Origin: Octopus sinensis
Lineage: Eukaryota
Assembly: GCF_006345805.1 (NCBI RefSeq)
Contig: NC_043007.1
Location: forward strand, 22,010,001 to 22,074,000
Length of the DNA: 64,000 nt
Direction: 5' to 3'
Below are positions 33,067 through 46,033 of this stretch, piece by piece; position 1 is the first letter of the stretch; every line of letters starts with the position of its first letter. The notes beneath the pieces were generated by a model. The model was not told the DNA's origin, made no database searches, and worked only from the letters and a program-made list of their open reading frames with translations. Made by a program: the position numbers and the translations under genes.

Positions 33067-36000
33067 GTTAGTACTTTACTCGGTAATTTTCAACGAAATC
33101 AAGTATATCTATTTCAGTGTTAAACATATTTCAATCATTCGCTGTTGTTTCATTCATCGCGTTTTTGGGAGATGGCGCACGATAGCAGACGGCAAGAAAC
33201 GACGCTTTTCACTATTTATTTCGTTCAGTGCTTCTCACTTATGAATTACAATTTTCTTAGTTTTAATATATGTGTTCTTTCACGCTATTTTCTTTAAAAC
33301 AATATTTCAGAATCCTACTAAATCGCGATAAATAAACTGTGTTCCTTCTTCCCTGATCAAACACGGACGTTAAAACCAAAGAAACCTGTCCAATGTTTTC
33401 GAAATTTGTTTTTAACTAAAATCATAAAACGAACAGTTCCTTCTGTTTTATTTCTTATTTTATACTACAAAACATTTACTCTGATTACCCATTATTTTTA
33501 TTGTTTGTGTGTGTGTTTATTTTTTTACTATTTTAGTATAGTCAACCGGTATTTGGGGAAGAGAAATATTTACCTAGAATATCCCTAAATTTATTTATTT
33601 ATCTTCTGTTGTGTCTGGGGAGAGTCATTTTCTTTCTGTGCCTTATAATATAACACACTCATCGGTAAGTGTGTTAAATTATGAGGCCCAAAAAGAGAAT
33701 GGCTCTCCCCAGACACAACAGAATATGCTTCAACACACGAACTCATATAAAGAATCTTGCAAACCAAATCCCAAAACGAAATATTTATTTATCTATTATA
33801 TTTGTTCCCACACTGATTTAGATAATTTTTATACATAATTAATATTTCATATTCGAAAATTTTATACATCTTCAATTAGTTCCATTGCAGTTTAACTCCA
33901 TTCTGACAAATTTACTGTTTCATGTTCCTAAAGAAAACTTGTAGTTCTTTTCTTTATAGAAGACAACCGATTTCGGAGGAAAGTATTTGTAAATTGTAAA
34001 CAAGAACTATATGAAGTTAGTTGTCTTTTCACCATGGGAATCGTATCAACAGTTTTAATCTTCGCAGGTTCTTCTCATATTGAGAATGAAAAATAAATCA
34101 GCTCCTTTCAACAACATAGGCTAAGATATACATCGAGTGAAATGTTGATAGGAAATTATTGCAAACTCTGGTTTTTACAGTGGAAGCTAAAATTCTTCCA
34201 TAGGTTTGCATGTTTATTATTGACTACAAAACTGTCCAAATTAATAAAGCACACTGTCTTTCCCGTGTGTGCATGAGACTAATTTTGTTTTTTCTAATTG
34301 ACATATGGAGTTCATACCCAGCTTTGTATCCCTGATATATATTGGGGTTTTTATTTGATTTCTCATCGAGAGAATGACGCAGAGTCCATTTTGCTGTTGG
34401 TTTCGTCTAGTTCTTCCTGAAAGAATTGATTCAAATGCCTCTGCGATCGTACGTTTGAAAAATCAAACCGGAACAAACGTCTCTCAGACAATTGTGTTAA
34501 AATTGTATTAAAAATATCTCATATCGGTGGTACTTGTTTGAAAAGGTAGGGACGATAGAATTGAAGGCCTCAATGATTGAAGAGAGGTTTTTTAAAGAAA
34601 GGTTTATGATTGCTTTGTAGTTTTGGCTTGAGGTTTCTTGAATGACATTTTTCCCATTTAATTACATTCCTATTATGTATCTTTTTCCATTGTTACATCT
34701 AGGCCCAATGCAGTGTTCATTCATTTTTCATTTCTTAGTCCAATCCATGCCAGCTTTGAAAACAGACATTAAATGAAGATGATTCCAAAGAATTATAAAT
34801 ACCTAGATTAAAATAAATAATGCTTTGTTCTAGTTGTTACAAGTCGTTTGGGGAGTTATACCTGTCTTGCAAGTGGACTTCATCTGAAACTGTGTCGGAA
34901 CTGAAGCACTTACATCATGAAAGAGCCATTTAATAACACACTAAGCAATTTTTTTTTACTATTTTAGTATGGTCAACCGGTATTTGGGGAAGAGAAATAT
35001 TTACCTAGAATATCCCTAAATTTATTTATCTTCTGTTGTGTCTGGGGAGGGTCAGTTTCTTTTTGTGTCTTATAATATAACACACTCACCTGTAAGTGTG
35101 TTATATTATAAGGCCCAAAAAGAAAATGACTCTCCCCAGACACAACAGAATATGCTTCAACACACGAACTCATATAAAGAATCTCATATAAATAATGCTG
35201 TGTTCTAGTTGTTACAAGTCATTTGGGGGTTTGGGGAGTTATACCTGTCTTGCAAGTGACTTCATCTGAAAAAATCTGTTGGAACTGAAGCACTTACATC
35301 ATGAAAGAGCCATTTAATAACACACTAAGCTGTTAAATTTAGTTCCTGAAGTGTTAAAATTTTCATTGCACAGCTCTGATATATTTCCATGAAGTTGCTG
35401 TTATAAGTTGTAAGACAAATTTGTGAAGGCAATGGTTTTTTTTTATTTTAGTATAATAAAAAATGGTTTTAGTTATTACAGGACCATAGTTAAGTTTTCA
35501 CTCTAAGCAGTTTTGTTGATTTTATTTAATTTTTTTTTTCCAGAAATTATTTGACTTTATTGAAAATGAAAAGAATTCAATTTCAAAACAAAAGGCTAGT
35601 TGCTCTCTCAACTCACCAAGCTTGAAGTCAGTCGCGCACCTAAGACTCCTGGAACCACAGGTATGTTTTTTTTTGTGCGTGTCTGTTTTATTTTTGTTAA
35701 CAAAACTATTAACTTGATTTATGTCATAAAAATTAAGAAACCTCAAGACATGAAATAATTTTTAACAGGTTAATTTGAAGCAGATAAATAAATAACAGCC
35801 TGTAGAATATTGGGTTAAAAAAAACTCATACACACAACTATTTGTAGCTTTATCTACTTCAAGTTACACCATTAAAACGATTTATCAATTGGATTATTTT
35901 GAAAGATTAAATGGATAGATTGTATTTTGTTTGATTAAAATTTATGAACTTAATAGGCGCAGGAGTGGCTGTGTGGTAAGTAGCTTGCTTACCAACCACA

Positions 36001-38174
36001 TGGTTCCGGGTTCAGTCCCACTGCGTGGCATCTTGGGCAAGTGTCTTCTGCTATAGCCCCGGGCCGACCAATGCCTTGTGAGTGGATTTGGTAGACGGAA
36101 ACTGAAAGAAGCCTGTCATATATATGTATAAATATATATATATATATGTGTGTGTGTGTGTATTTGTGTCTGTGTTTGTCCCCCTAGCATTGCTTGACAA
36201 CCGATGCTGGTGTGTTTACGTCCCCGTCACTTAGCGGTTCGGCAAAAGAGACCGATAGAATAAGTACTGGGCTTACAAAAGAATAAGTCCCGGGGTCGAT
36301 TTGCTTGACTAAAGGCGGTGCTCCAGCATGGCCTCAGTCAAATGACTGAAACAAGTAAAAGAGTAATATAGATATTAGAGCTATTTTATTTGAATACTGT
36401 TTGAACATTGTTTCATATTTCATATAATTTCTTTTATCTAGTTCTATTCCAGGAATAAAAAAGTCAATACTTTCAGCATTGGTAACATCTAAACATCTTG
36501 TTTCTTTTTGATTATCTCTTCAGAGTGAAAATACTTTCCTTTGTTATTTAAAGTTCTTGGAAAATAACCCTAATGATGGTTTCGTCTGGTCAGCTTTGGG
36601 CCATCTTTATTTACAAAAACCACAACCTCAGACCACACAAGCAAACTTTTGTTTTAAACAAGCTGTAAAACAGTCTACTAAAAATAGTCTCTCTGTCAAC
36701 GAATGGTATTATATCGGTCCTTTTGTCATTGGGAAAATGGAACTGGATGGAGATCCTTTGGCTGCCTATGGTGGCATCCGTAATGTTTCATTATATCGTT
36801 TGAAAAAAAATAATAAATATTTATCTGAAATTGTTCCTAACGGGGAAGTCAAATGGAAAGTTTATCGACATTTAGGAGAATCCTTGATCCGAATTTCTCC
36901 TGAATTAGAATGGAATGATTTGGTTGGATCTCTTGGTTCTATGGGCATCACTGAATGGCAAGGTTGGATTGTTGGTGAGTTTGCTATCAACGAAAAAGAA
37001 CAAACAGTTATTATTCAATGCCATGGACTTACTACTGCCTACGTAGATAAAATTCCAATTGTAGGTGATGTCTATCATCGAGATCAGCTTATGTTTAGTA
37101 TTACCCTCACACGCGGAATACATACGCTTTATGCAAAATTACGTGCAAAAGTAAACGCAAATTTTAAATGCGTTTTCAAGACAGTCAGTACAAGTTTTGA
37201 TATACTTTCTCCGACAATGGTACCTGATCTGGTCGATGGTTACCTGTTCAGTCAATATCTAAGTATTCCTGTGATTAATTTCCTGGGCAACAAATGGTTA
37301 AAGAACATTGGAGTTTCTCTCAAGAGTCAATCTTACGGTCAGCCAGTTACTTTGGAATTGGTTGACAAACGGAATATAGCTCCCGGTCAAATTCTTGGAC
37401 TGATCATTTCCATCACTTCTACTCATAAGCGTCTCACAAGTGGCTGTTATTCAACAGGGATCGATTTGGTTCTGGAAATTTCTACATCAGAAGGCAGCAT
37501 GGAATCTGCCCCCATAAATCTCCGGTGTCGGAAACTTGATCAGTCTTTTCTATTTTCATTCATTGATCACGATGGTTCTGTCCAACAAGGAGCTGCCATC
37601 GCACCAATTACTAAATGTGTCTCCAAGCTTTGCCCAGTTCTTCTCACTCTTCATGGAACTTCGGTGCCAGCACAAAATCAGGCAGACAGTTACAAAAGAA
37701 TGGTCGGAAAAGATTTTGAATTTGGATTTGATACAATCTGGCTTTTGGCACCAACAAGGTAAATATATTATTTGGATGCAATTCTTCACAAAGGTAAAAA
37801 CACAATAAGACATATAATAAAGTACAGGTTTTATGTTGCAATGACTGAAACAAGTAAAAGAGTAAAAGAGAGTAAAGAGTAAGTCCAGTAAATTTTTCTG
37901 TCCTTTACCTACAAATTCAAAATAAACTAAGGGCAGTTATTAACAAACTTTCCAATGATAGTAATGACTTGTTAATTAAATATAGCCATTAAGTATCAAG
38001 TAAATTTATCTTCCCCATGCTCTACATCTCATTTAAAAACAATTAGTAGGGTCTTAATGGTACCTGATTACATTCAGGCATTTGAAAAACAGTGCAGCCA
38101 TCTGGTTCGCCAGTCCTCAGTCAAATCGTCCAACCCATGCTAACATGGAAAGCGGACGTTAACGGATGATGATG

Positions 38175-38206
<32 letters not shown>

Positions 38207-40742
38207 TGTGCTTGAGGAGACCTATTGAGTCAAGTACATCAACATCAAATAAAAATCAAATGGAAATTGTAGTTGTGATACCTGTGCCGGTGGCACGTAA
38301 AAAGCACCATCTAAATGTGTCTGATGCCAGCGCCGCCTTGACTGGCTTCTGTGCCGGTGGCACGTGAAAAGCACCAACAGATCATGGCCATTGCCAGCCT
38401 CCCCTTGCATTTGTGCCGGTGGCACGTAAAAAGTACCCAGTACACTCACGGAGTGGTTGGCGTTAGGAAGGGCATCCAGCTGTAGAAACACTGCTAGATC
38501 AGACTGGAGCCTGGTGCAGCCTTCTGGCTTCACAGACCCCGGCCGAACCGTCCAGCCCATGCTATCATGGAAAACGGATGTTAAACGATGATGATGATGA
38601 TGATGAAGCTAATTTTTAAATTTTGGAGACATTTATATTTGTGTTTTGAAGTGCATTTCCTTGTGACTTTTCAAGGTACATAAGTGCATACAAGTGTGGT
38701 TATGTGGTTAAGAAGCTTGTTTCCCAAATATGTAGGATTGGGTTCAGTCCCACTGTGTGATATCTTGGACAAGTGTCTTTTATTATGGTCCTGGGCTGAT
38801 CAATGCCTTATGAGTAGATTTGATTGACATGTACATGCGGGTTTGTTCCTTTGTCTGTCATCATCATCATCATCATCATCGTTTAACGTCCGCTTTCCAT
38901 GCTGGCATGGGTTGGACAGTTCAACCGGGGTCTGGGAAGCCAGGAGGCAGCACCAGGCTCCAGTCTGATTTGGCAGTGTTTCTACAGCTGGATGCCCTTC
39001 CTAACGCCAACCACTCCACGAGTGTAGTGGGTGCTTTTTACGTGCCACCTGCACAGGTGCCAGGCGAGGTCTGCAATGGCCACGATCGGATTGGTGCATT
39101 TTACGTGCCACCGGCACAGAAGCCAGTCAGGCGGTGCCGACATCGGCCACGATTCGGATGGTCGATTTTTGCAAATGAGCATCGTCATTGTATACGTGAA
39201 AAATGTATCTAGCCATGGACAGTATTATCATACTTGGAAACAAATTAGGGTTGGCAACAGGAAGGGCACCTGGCCATAGAAAAATCTGCCTTAACAACAA
39301 ATTGTCTGACCAATTCCGGCATGGAACAGTGGACATTAAATGATGTTGATGATGTATAATTATAAAAATAATAAATGTGCCCTTTTAAAGCCTAGCCAGG
39401 CTCATGGGCCCGGTTTCCTGGTCTCTATGGCATATGTGTTCCCCAGCTGGACAGGACGCTAGTCCATCGCAGCGTTACTCATTTTTGCCAGCTAAGTGGA
39501 CTGGAGCAACGTGAAATGAAGTGTTTTGCTCAAGAACACAATGCGTTGCGCGGTCCAGGAATCGAAACCGCAATCTTACGATCATGATGCTGACACCCTA
39601 ACCACTAAGCCATGCGCCTCCATGATGTATAATTATATTTATCTTTATTTTTATTTTCACAGGCATGGAGCTCACAACTGGGAAGGGCCTGGTGCTCTGA
39701 CTGCTATGACAGCCCTTGAAAAACTGCGTATCCTTGTTCAGTCAGCAGATTGGATAGATAACAAAGTTGCAGCTGACCACGTAATTTTTTCAGGCATGTT
39801 ACAATGTTAAAATAATTCTCTGAATTAAATATACAATATTTATTTAAAGTACCACTATATACATAGTACTGGTTCAGATGCTTTATATGTGTCACTGGCA
39901 CAGGTACTTTATATGTGGCACCAGCACAGGTGCTTTAGATGTCGCATCAGCACAGGTGCTTTGTATATGGCACCAGCACAGGTGCTTTATATGTGGCACC
40001 AGCACAGGTGCTTTATATATGGCACCAGCACAGGTGCTTTATATGTGGCACCAACACAGGTACTTATGTGATACCAGCACAGGTGCTTTATATGTGGCAC
40101 CAGCACAGGTGCTTTGTATGTGGCACCAGCACAGGTGCTTTGTATGTGGCACCAGCACAGGTGCTTTATATGTGGAACCAGCACAGGTGCTTTGTATGTG
40201 GCACTGGCACAGGTGCCCCTTATGTGGAATTCTTCATGACACTGGTATAGTTCACAATTGAGCAGACCGTGTTATCTCAAATCAATGACAAATGAATCAT
40301 TATAAATGTAATATGTTTGTTCCTTATTTCTACTTTGCTCATGTTAACAATACTCTGATAATGCTGTTCATTGCTCTTCAGGTCATTCAATGGGTGGCCA
40401 TGGGGCATGGCACCTTGCTACTCACTTTCCTGACCGTGCCCTAGCTGTAGTCTCCCTTGCAGGATGGATCAAGAAAGAAGAATATGGGGACAGTAATCTG
40501 TTTTTCAGGTTTGTCTGGTTTTTTCAGGTTTTTTTATTATCTCGTTCACAGTAAAAAGATGGCTGTGTGGTTAAGAAGCCTGCTTTGTAACCACTTGGTG
40601 GTGAGTTCAGTCCCTCTGTACAACACTATGGTTAAGTGTCTTCTATTATAGCCCTGGGCTGACCAATGCCTTGTGAGTGAATTTGGTAGACAGACACTAT
40701 AGGAAAGTCTATTGTGTGTATATGTGTTTGTTTGTGTGTGTG

Positions 40743-40783
<41 letters not shown>

Positions 40784-43700
40784 AGCTATCTATCTATCTA
40801 TCTGTCTATCTGTATCTATCTATCTTTCTATCTATCTATCCATCTGTATGTGTGTGTGTGTGTGTATGTGGCACCAGCATGGGTGCTTTATATGTGACAC
40901 CGGCACATGCACATATATATGTATGCGTTAGATTGAGTCAACAGTTTTTTCATAATTTAAGCTTTAATTAATAGTTCCAACAAATTACATTCAAAAACTG
41001 TTTATTCATCAAAATATGTCCCATCGTATTCTATTGTCTGTTACCATTGTTTTATCTGAAGCTTTGTTCCATGCTTATACCATTTGGCTGGTTTAGAGGC
41101 AAAAATCTCCCTGCACCTGTTTTCAGCTTTGCCTGCATTATTGAACCTCCAACCATGCAGGAAATAAACCATGGTTCAGAAACGGTGGAATTCTGATGGT
41201 GCAAGATCTGGACTGGAGGCAGGGTAAAGTAATACTTCCGGCCCCTCAAGTTCCTCAAATTTGCACTTGGTCATATTAGCAGTGTGTGCTGGGGCACTGT
41301 CATGTTGTAGGAGCACATGTTTTCAATTGATCAATGCCAGGGGATATGCCTATGTGTAAGGACAACCATGATTTTACATAGCTTGATATTTCTTCTCAAG
41401 CACAGAAAACTGCCTGAAGTCTCAGTCTCCTGTCATCCTGTCTGTGAAGCCCAATATCTGAAGATCCTTTCTCACCATTTTATCCCATGTCTTCTTGGGT
41501 CTCCCCCTTTCTCATGTCCCTCCACAATTAGAGATTGGCACCCCTTGATGCATCTGTCTTCATTCATATGCATTACATCATCATTCATCATTGTTCGACT
41601 GTGGTCGAGACAATGGAATTTACCATGCTACGCCAGACTTCACGGTCCATCATAGCATTACAGAGGTCCTGTTTCTGGGTGCCTGTATCCCTAGAGATTA
41701 TATCAGGCATTACATGGCCATACCAGCACAGCCTTCTCTCTTGCACACTACATCTGATGCCTCTTATATCCAGCTTTTCTCTCAAATCACTTACACTCTG
41801 TTGTAAATGGCACTAACATTACCCATTTACGAAACTCCTGTTCCTAAATATAAATTCTCATATGTACTCTCTCTGCATTTTCAGCCCCGTTTATGTCTTC
41901 CAGATCTGATTGAAGCCTGTTGCAGCCTTCTGGCTTGCCAGCCCTCAGTCAATCCATCCGACCCATGCCAGCATGGAAAGCGGATGTTAAATGACAACAA
42001 TGATGATGATGATGAAATCGTTGACATGGCCAATGCCAGTACCACCTGACTGGCACATGTGCCGGTGACATGTAAAAAGCACCATTTGAGCGTGGTTGAT
42101 ACTGGTGCCGCCTGACCGGCGACCATGCTGGTGGCACATAAAAAGCATCATACAAGGATGGTTGATGCCAGTGCCACCTGACTGGCTCCCATGCTGGTAG
42201 CATGGAAAAAGCACCATTCGAGTGTGGTCGATGCCAGTGCTGTCTGACTGGCACCTGTGCCGGTGGAATGTAAAAAGCACCCACTACACTCCTAGAGTGG
42301 TTGGCGTTAGGAAGGGCATCCAGCTGTAGAAACCTTGCCAGATCAAATTAGAGCCTGGTGCAACCATCCGGTTCACCAGACCTCAGTCAAATCGTCCAAC
42401 CCATGCCAGCATGAAAAGCAGACATTAAACAATGATGATAATGATGATATATAGATATATGACAGGCTTCCATATATACGACAGTTTCTATCTACTAAAT
42501 TAACCCACAGGGCATTGGTTGGTCTGGTGCTATCATAGAAGTCACTTGCCCTAAGTGCCATACAGTGAGATTGGACCCTAAAGCTGAGTGTACTGGAACA
42601 ATGTGAAATGGAGTGTCTTGCTCAAGAACACAGTGCATTGCCTGGTCCAGGAATCGAAATTACAATCTTATGATCATAAGTTCAACATTCTAACCACCAA
42701 GCCATGCACCTCCTGATCAGTAATTACTTGAGCTTATTCAAATTACTCCTGTTTAATTACATTGTATTGCTTACTCATTAGTATTAGAAACTGTTGCTTC
42801 TTTTTCTCATAAACCTCGTCTGAATTGCAGTAAATTTTAAATTGTTTGCAGAAAACCAAAAATGATTGTACTATCTTATATTTCAGACATGATATTTCAG
42901 CAAGCCATACAGATCCATCTGTCAAAGCAATAATGGAAGCTGCTATTGCAGAAAATGATGCTGACAGACATGTTTCAAACCTTAAGGTAATTGTTCTATC
43001 CACTCCACAATATATTTGCTTATTATTTCCACTATGCCTTCATATACATATTTTTTTACTGCCCACAAGGGGCTAAACACAGAGGTGACAAACAAGGACA
43101 GACAAACGGATTAAGTCGATTATATCAACCCCAGTGCATAACTGGTACTTATTTAATCGACCCCGAACGGATGAAAGGCAAAGTTGACCTCGGCGGAATT
43201 TGAATTCAGAACGTAGCGGCAGATGAAGTACCTATTTCTTTAGAAAACCTGTTTCTAGGATATTTAATTATATCCCTTCATCAGAGACGGTGTGAGGATG
43301 GTTAAGTAATAGTTAATTTAAACAGGATACAAAATAGAGAGTGAGGTGGAGGAAAGAAAATAGATACAAGATATGTATGGATATTGAAGTTGTAAATCCA
43401 TTTTTTCGGCAGAATGGTGTATATGTGTGTTTCTTTTTTTTTTTTTTTTTTTTCTAGTTTCAGCTCAGAGCTGCGGCCATGCTGATGCACCGCTGTTTAG
43501 AGTGGTGAAAGAGTACAGCAGGGATCACCACCCCCTGCCGGAGCCTTGTGGAGCTTTTAGATGTTTTCGCTCAATAAACACTCACAACGCCCGGCCTGGG
43601 AGTCGAAACCGTGATCCTCCGACTGCGAGTCCGCTGCCCTAACCACTGGGCCATTGCGCCTCCATGTATGTGTATGTATTTGTTTGTGTGTGATGTGTGT

Positions 43701-45962
43701 TATTTATCCCCTTGCCTTGACTTCAAATGTTGGTTGGAATTGAGTGCCACTGTTAGGCAAGTGTGTCCGTTTCTAATCTTACATGAAAACATGTCTGGTC
43801 ATGAGGAAGTATTGTCTTACTTGGAAATAGGCGAGGGTTGGTGAGAGGAAGAGCATCCAGCTGTAGAAAATCTATCTCAGTAAATTTCGCCTGACACATG
43901 CAAGCATGGAAAAGGGGATGTTAAATGATGATGACGGTAAGAGCACTCAGAAATCACAAATCTCTGCCAAAGCAACACCAACATCCTCTCAACAATTAGC
44001 CAGAGATAGTTTTTAAAATGAGAATATCTGAAATAAACTCGACTACTCTCACAAACAAGAATACTAAAAATGAACCCCACCACTTTCAAAAATTAAGTAA
44101 AAAAAAAAACAGAAGAATAATCCAGAATCCTTATTTGGTACCGGATCAATCCCCAAATCTAATCAGTTTGTGCCAGTCATGGGACCAAACATCCCTGAAA
44201 GTTTCATCTGAATCCATCCAGCAGTTCTTGTGATATCTTGTCCACAGACAAACCAACAAACACAACTGTAAACAATAACTCCACCTTTGCTAAGGTGGAG
44301 GTAATTTTTGGACGGACGGACAGACAAACTTCTTTCAGTTTCTATGTATCAAATCCACTCACAAGGCTTCGCTCATCTATAGTAGAAGTCACTTGCCCAA
44401 GGTGCCACACAGTGGAACCGAACCTGAAACCATGTGGTAAAGAGGCAGATTTCCTAACCTTGATAGAAACTGAATATCATTTATTGTAATTAAACAAAAT
44501 AATCTCTTTCTTGAAAATGTATTGTTATATTTTTCATTAATTAATTAACTAACTAATTGGCTTGTTTTGTTTTTCAATCAAAAGGGAATTCCAGTGTTAG
44601 CAAGAATTGGAGAAAATGATAGAACTGTCCACCCCTATTTCGTAAGGCGGATGTTTCGGTTGATTTCAGAACTGAAGACAGCCATCAACTATACAGAACT
44701 CTCAGGCAAGGAGCATTGGTGGTGGGATACTTGGTGAGTCAAGAAGAGAAATCTAAGAAAAACTCTCTTTTTTTTTCTCATTTATTATTATTTTTTCTTT
44801 ACTTTTCTTTCAACCCTTTCCTCAGAACAACCCGCTGTGCTTGAGGAGACCTATGGAGTCAAGTACATGAACATCGAAATAAATATCAATGGAAATAGTA
44901 GTTGTGATACCTGTGCCAGTGGCACATAAAAAGCACCATCCAAACGTGGCCGATGCCAGCGCAGCCTTGACTGGCTTCTGTGCCGGTGGCACGTAAAAAG
45001 CACCATCCAAACGTGGCTGATTACAGTGCCACCTTGGCTGGCTTCCGTGCCGGTGGCACGTAAAAAGCACTATCCAAATGTGGCCGATGCCAGCGCCGCC
45101 TTGACTGGCTTCTGTGCCGGTGGCATGTTAAAAGCACCAACTGATCGTGGCCGCTGCCAGACTCCCCTGGCACCTGTGCCGGGGGCACGTAAAAAGCACC
45201 CACTAAACTCGCGGAGTGGTTGGCATTAGGAAGGGCATCCAGCTGTAGAAACACTGCCAGATCAGACTGGAGCCTGGTTCAGCCTCCTGGCTTCCCAGAC
45301 CCCGGTCGAACCGTCCAACCCATGCTAGTATGGAAAACGGACGTTAAACGATGATGATGATGATGATGATGATATCACACTCAAACATTCTATCAATTTT
45401 ACATTCAAACTGGCCAGGTTTGGTCTCTCGTGCCTAACAATGGTGTTGTTGAACTCTTGAAGCTACAAAAATAGTGCATGTTTGATTCAAAACAATGGCA
45501 GATTGGAGCCTGGTGCAGCCATCTGGTTCACCAGACCTCAGACAAAATCGTCCAACCCATGCTAGCATGGAAAGCAGACGTTAAACGATGATGATCATGA
45601 ATAAATGAGCATTATATTTGACAGAGTAGTGTGAATGCTAAAGGGTTTTAATCGTTTAGTTTTTGGTTTATATTCCATCCCCTGTAAGATAAAAATCCTG
45701 TTCTTTTAGATGTTATGATGTTTGGTCTATGCTATGTCAGAAAGTAAGTTCTTTGCTTGAACAAAAACTTATGGCATTAATGTCTCAAGGAAATGTAGGA
45801 ATACATCAAATTATGATTTAGATTTTCCTCTAGGCGCAGGAGTGGCTGTGTGGTAAGTACCTTGCTTACCAACCATATGGTTCTGCCTTCTCCTATAGCC
45901 TCAGGCCGACCAAAACCATGTGAGTGGATTTGGTAGACGGAAACTGAAAGAAGCCTGTCGTA

Positions 45963-46033
<71 letters not shown>

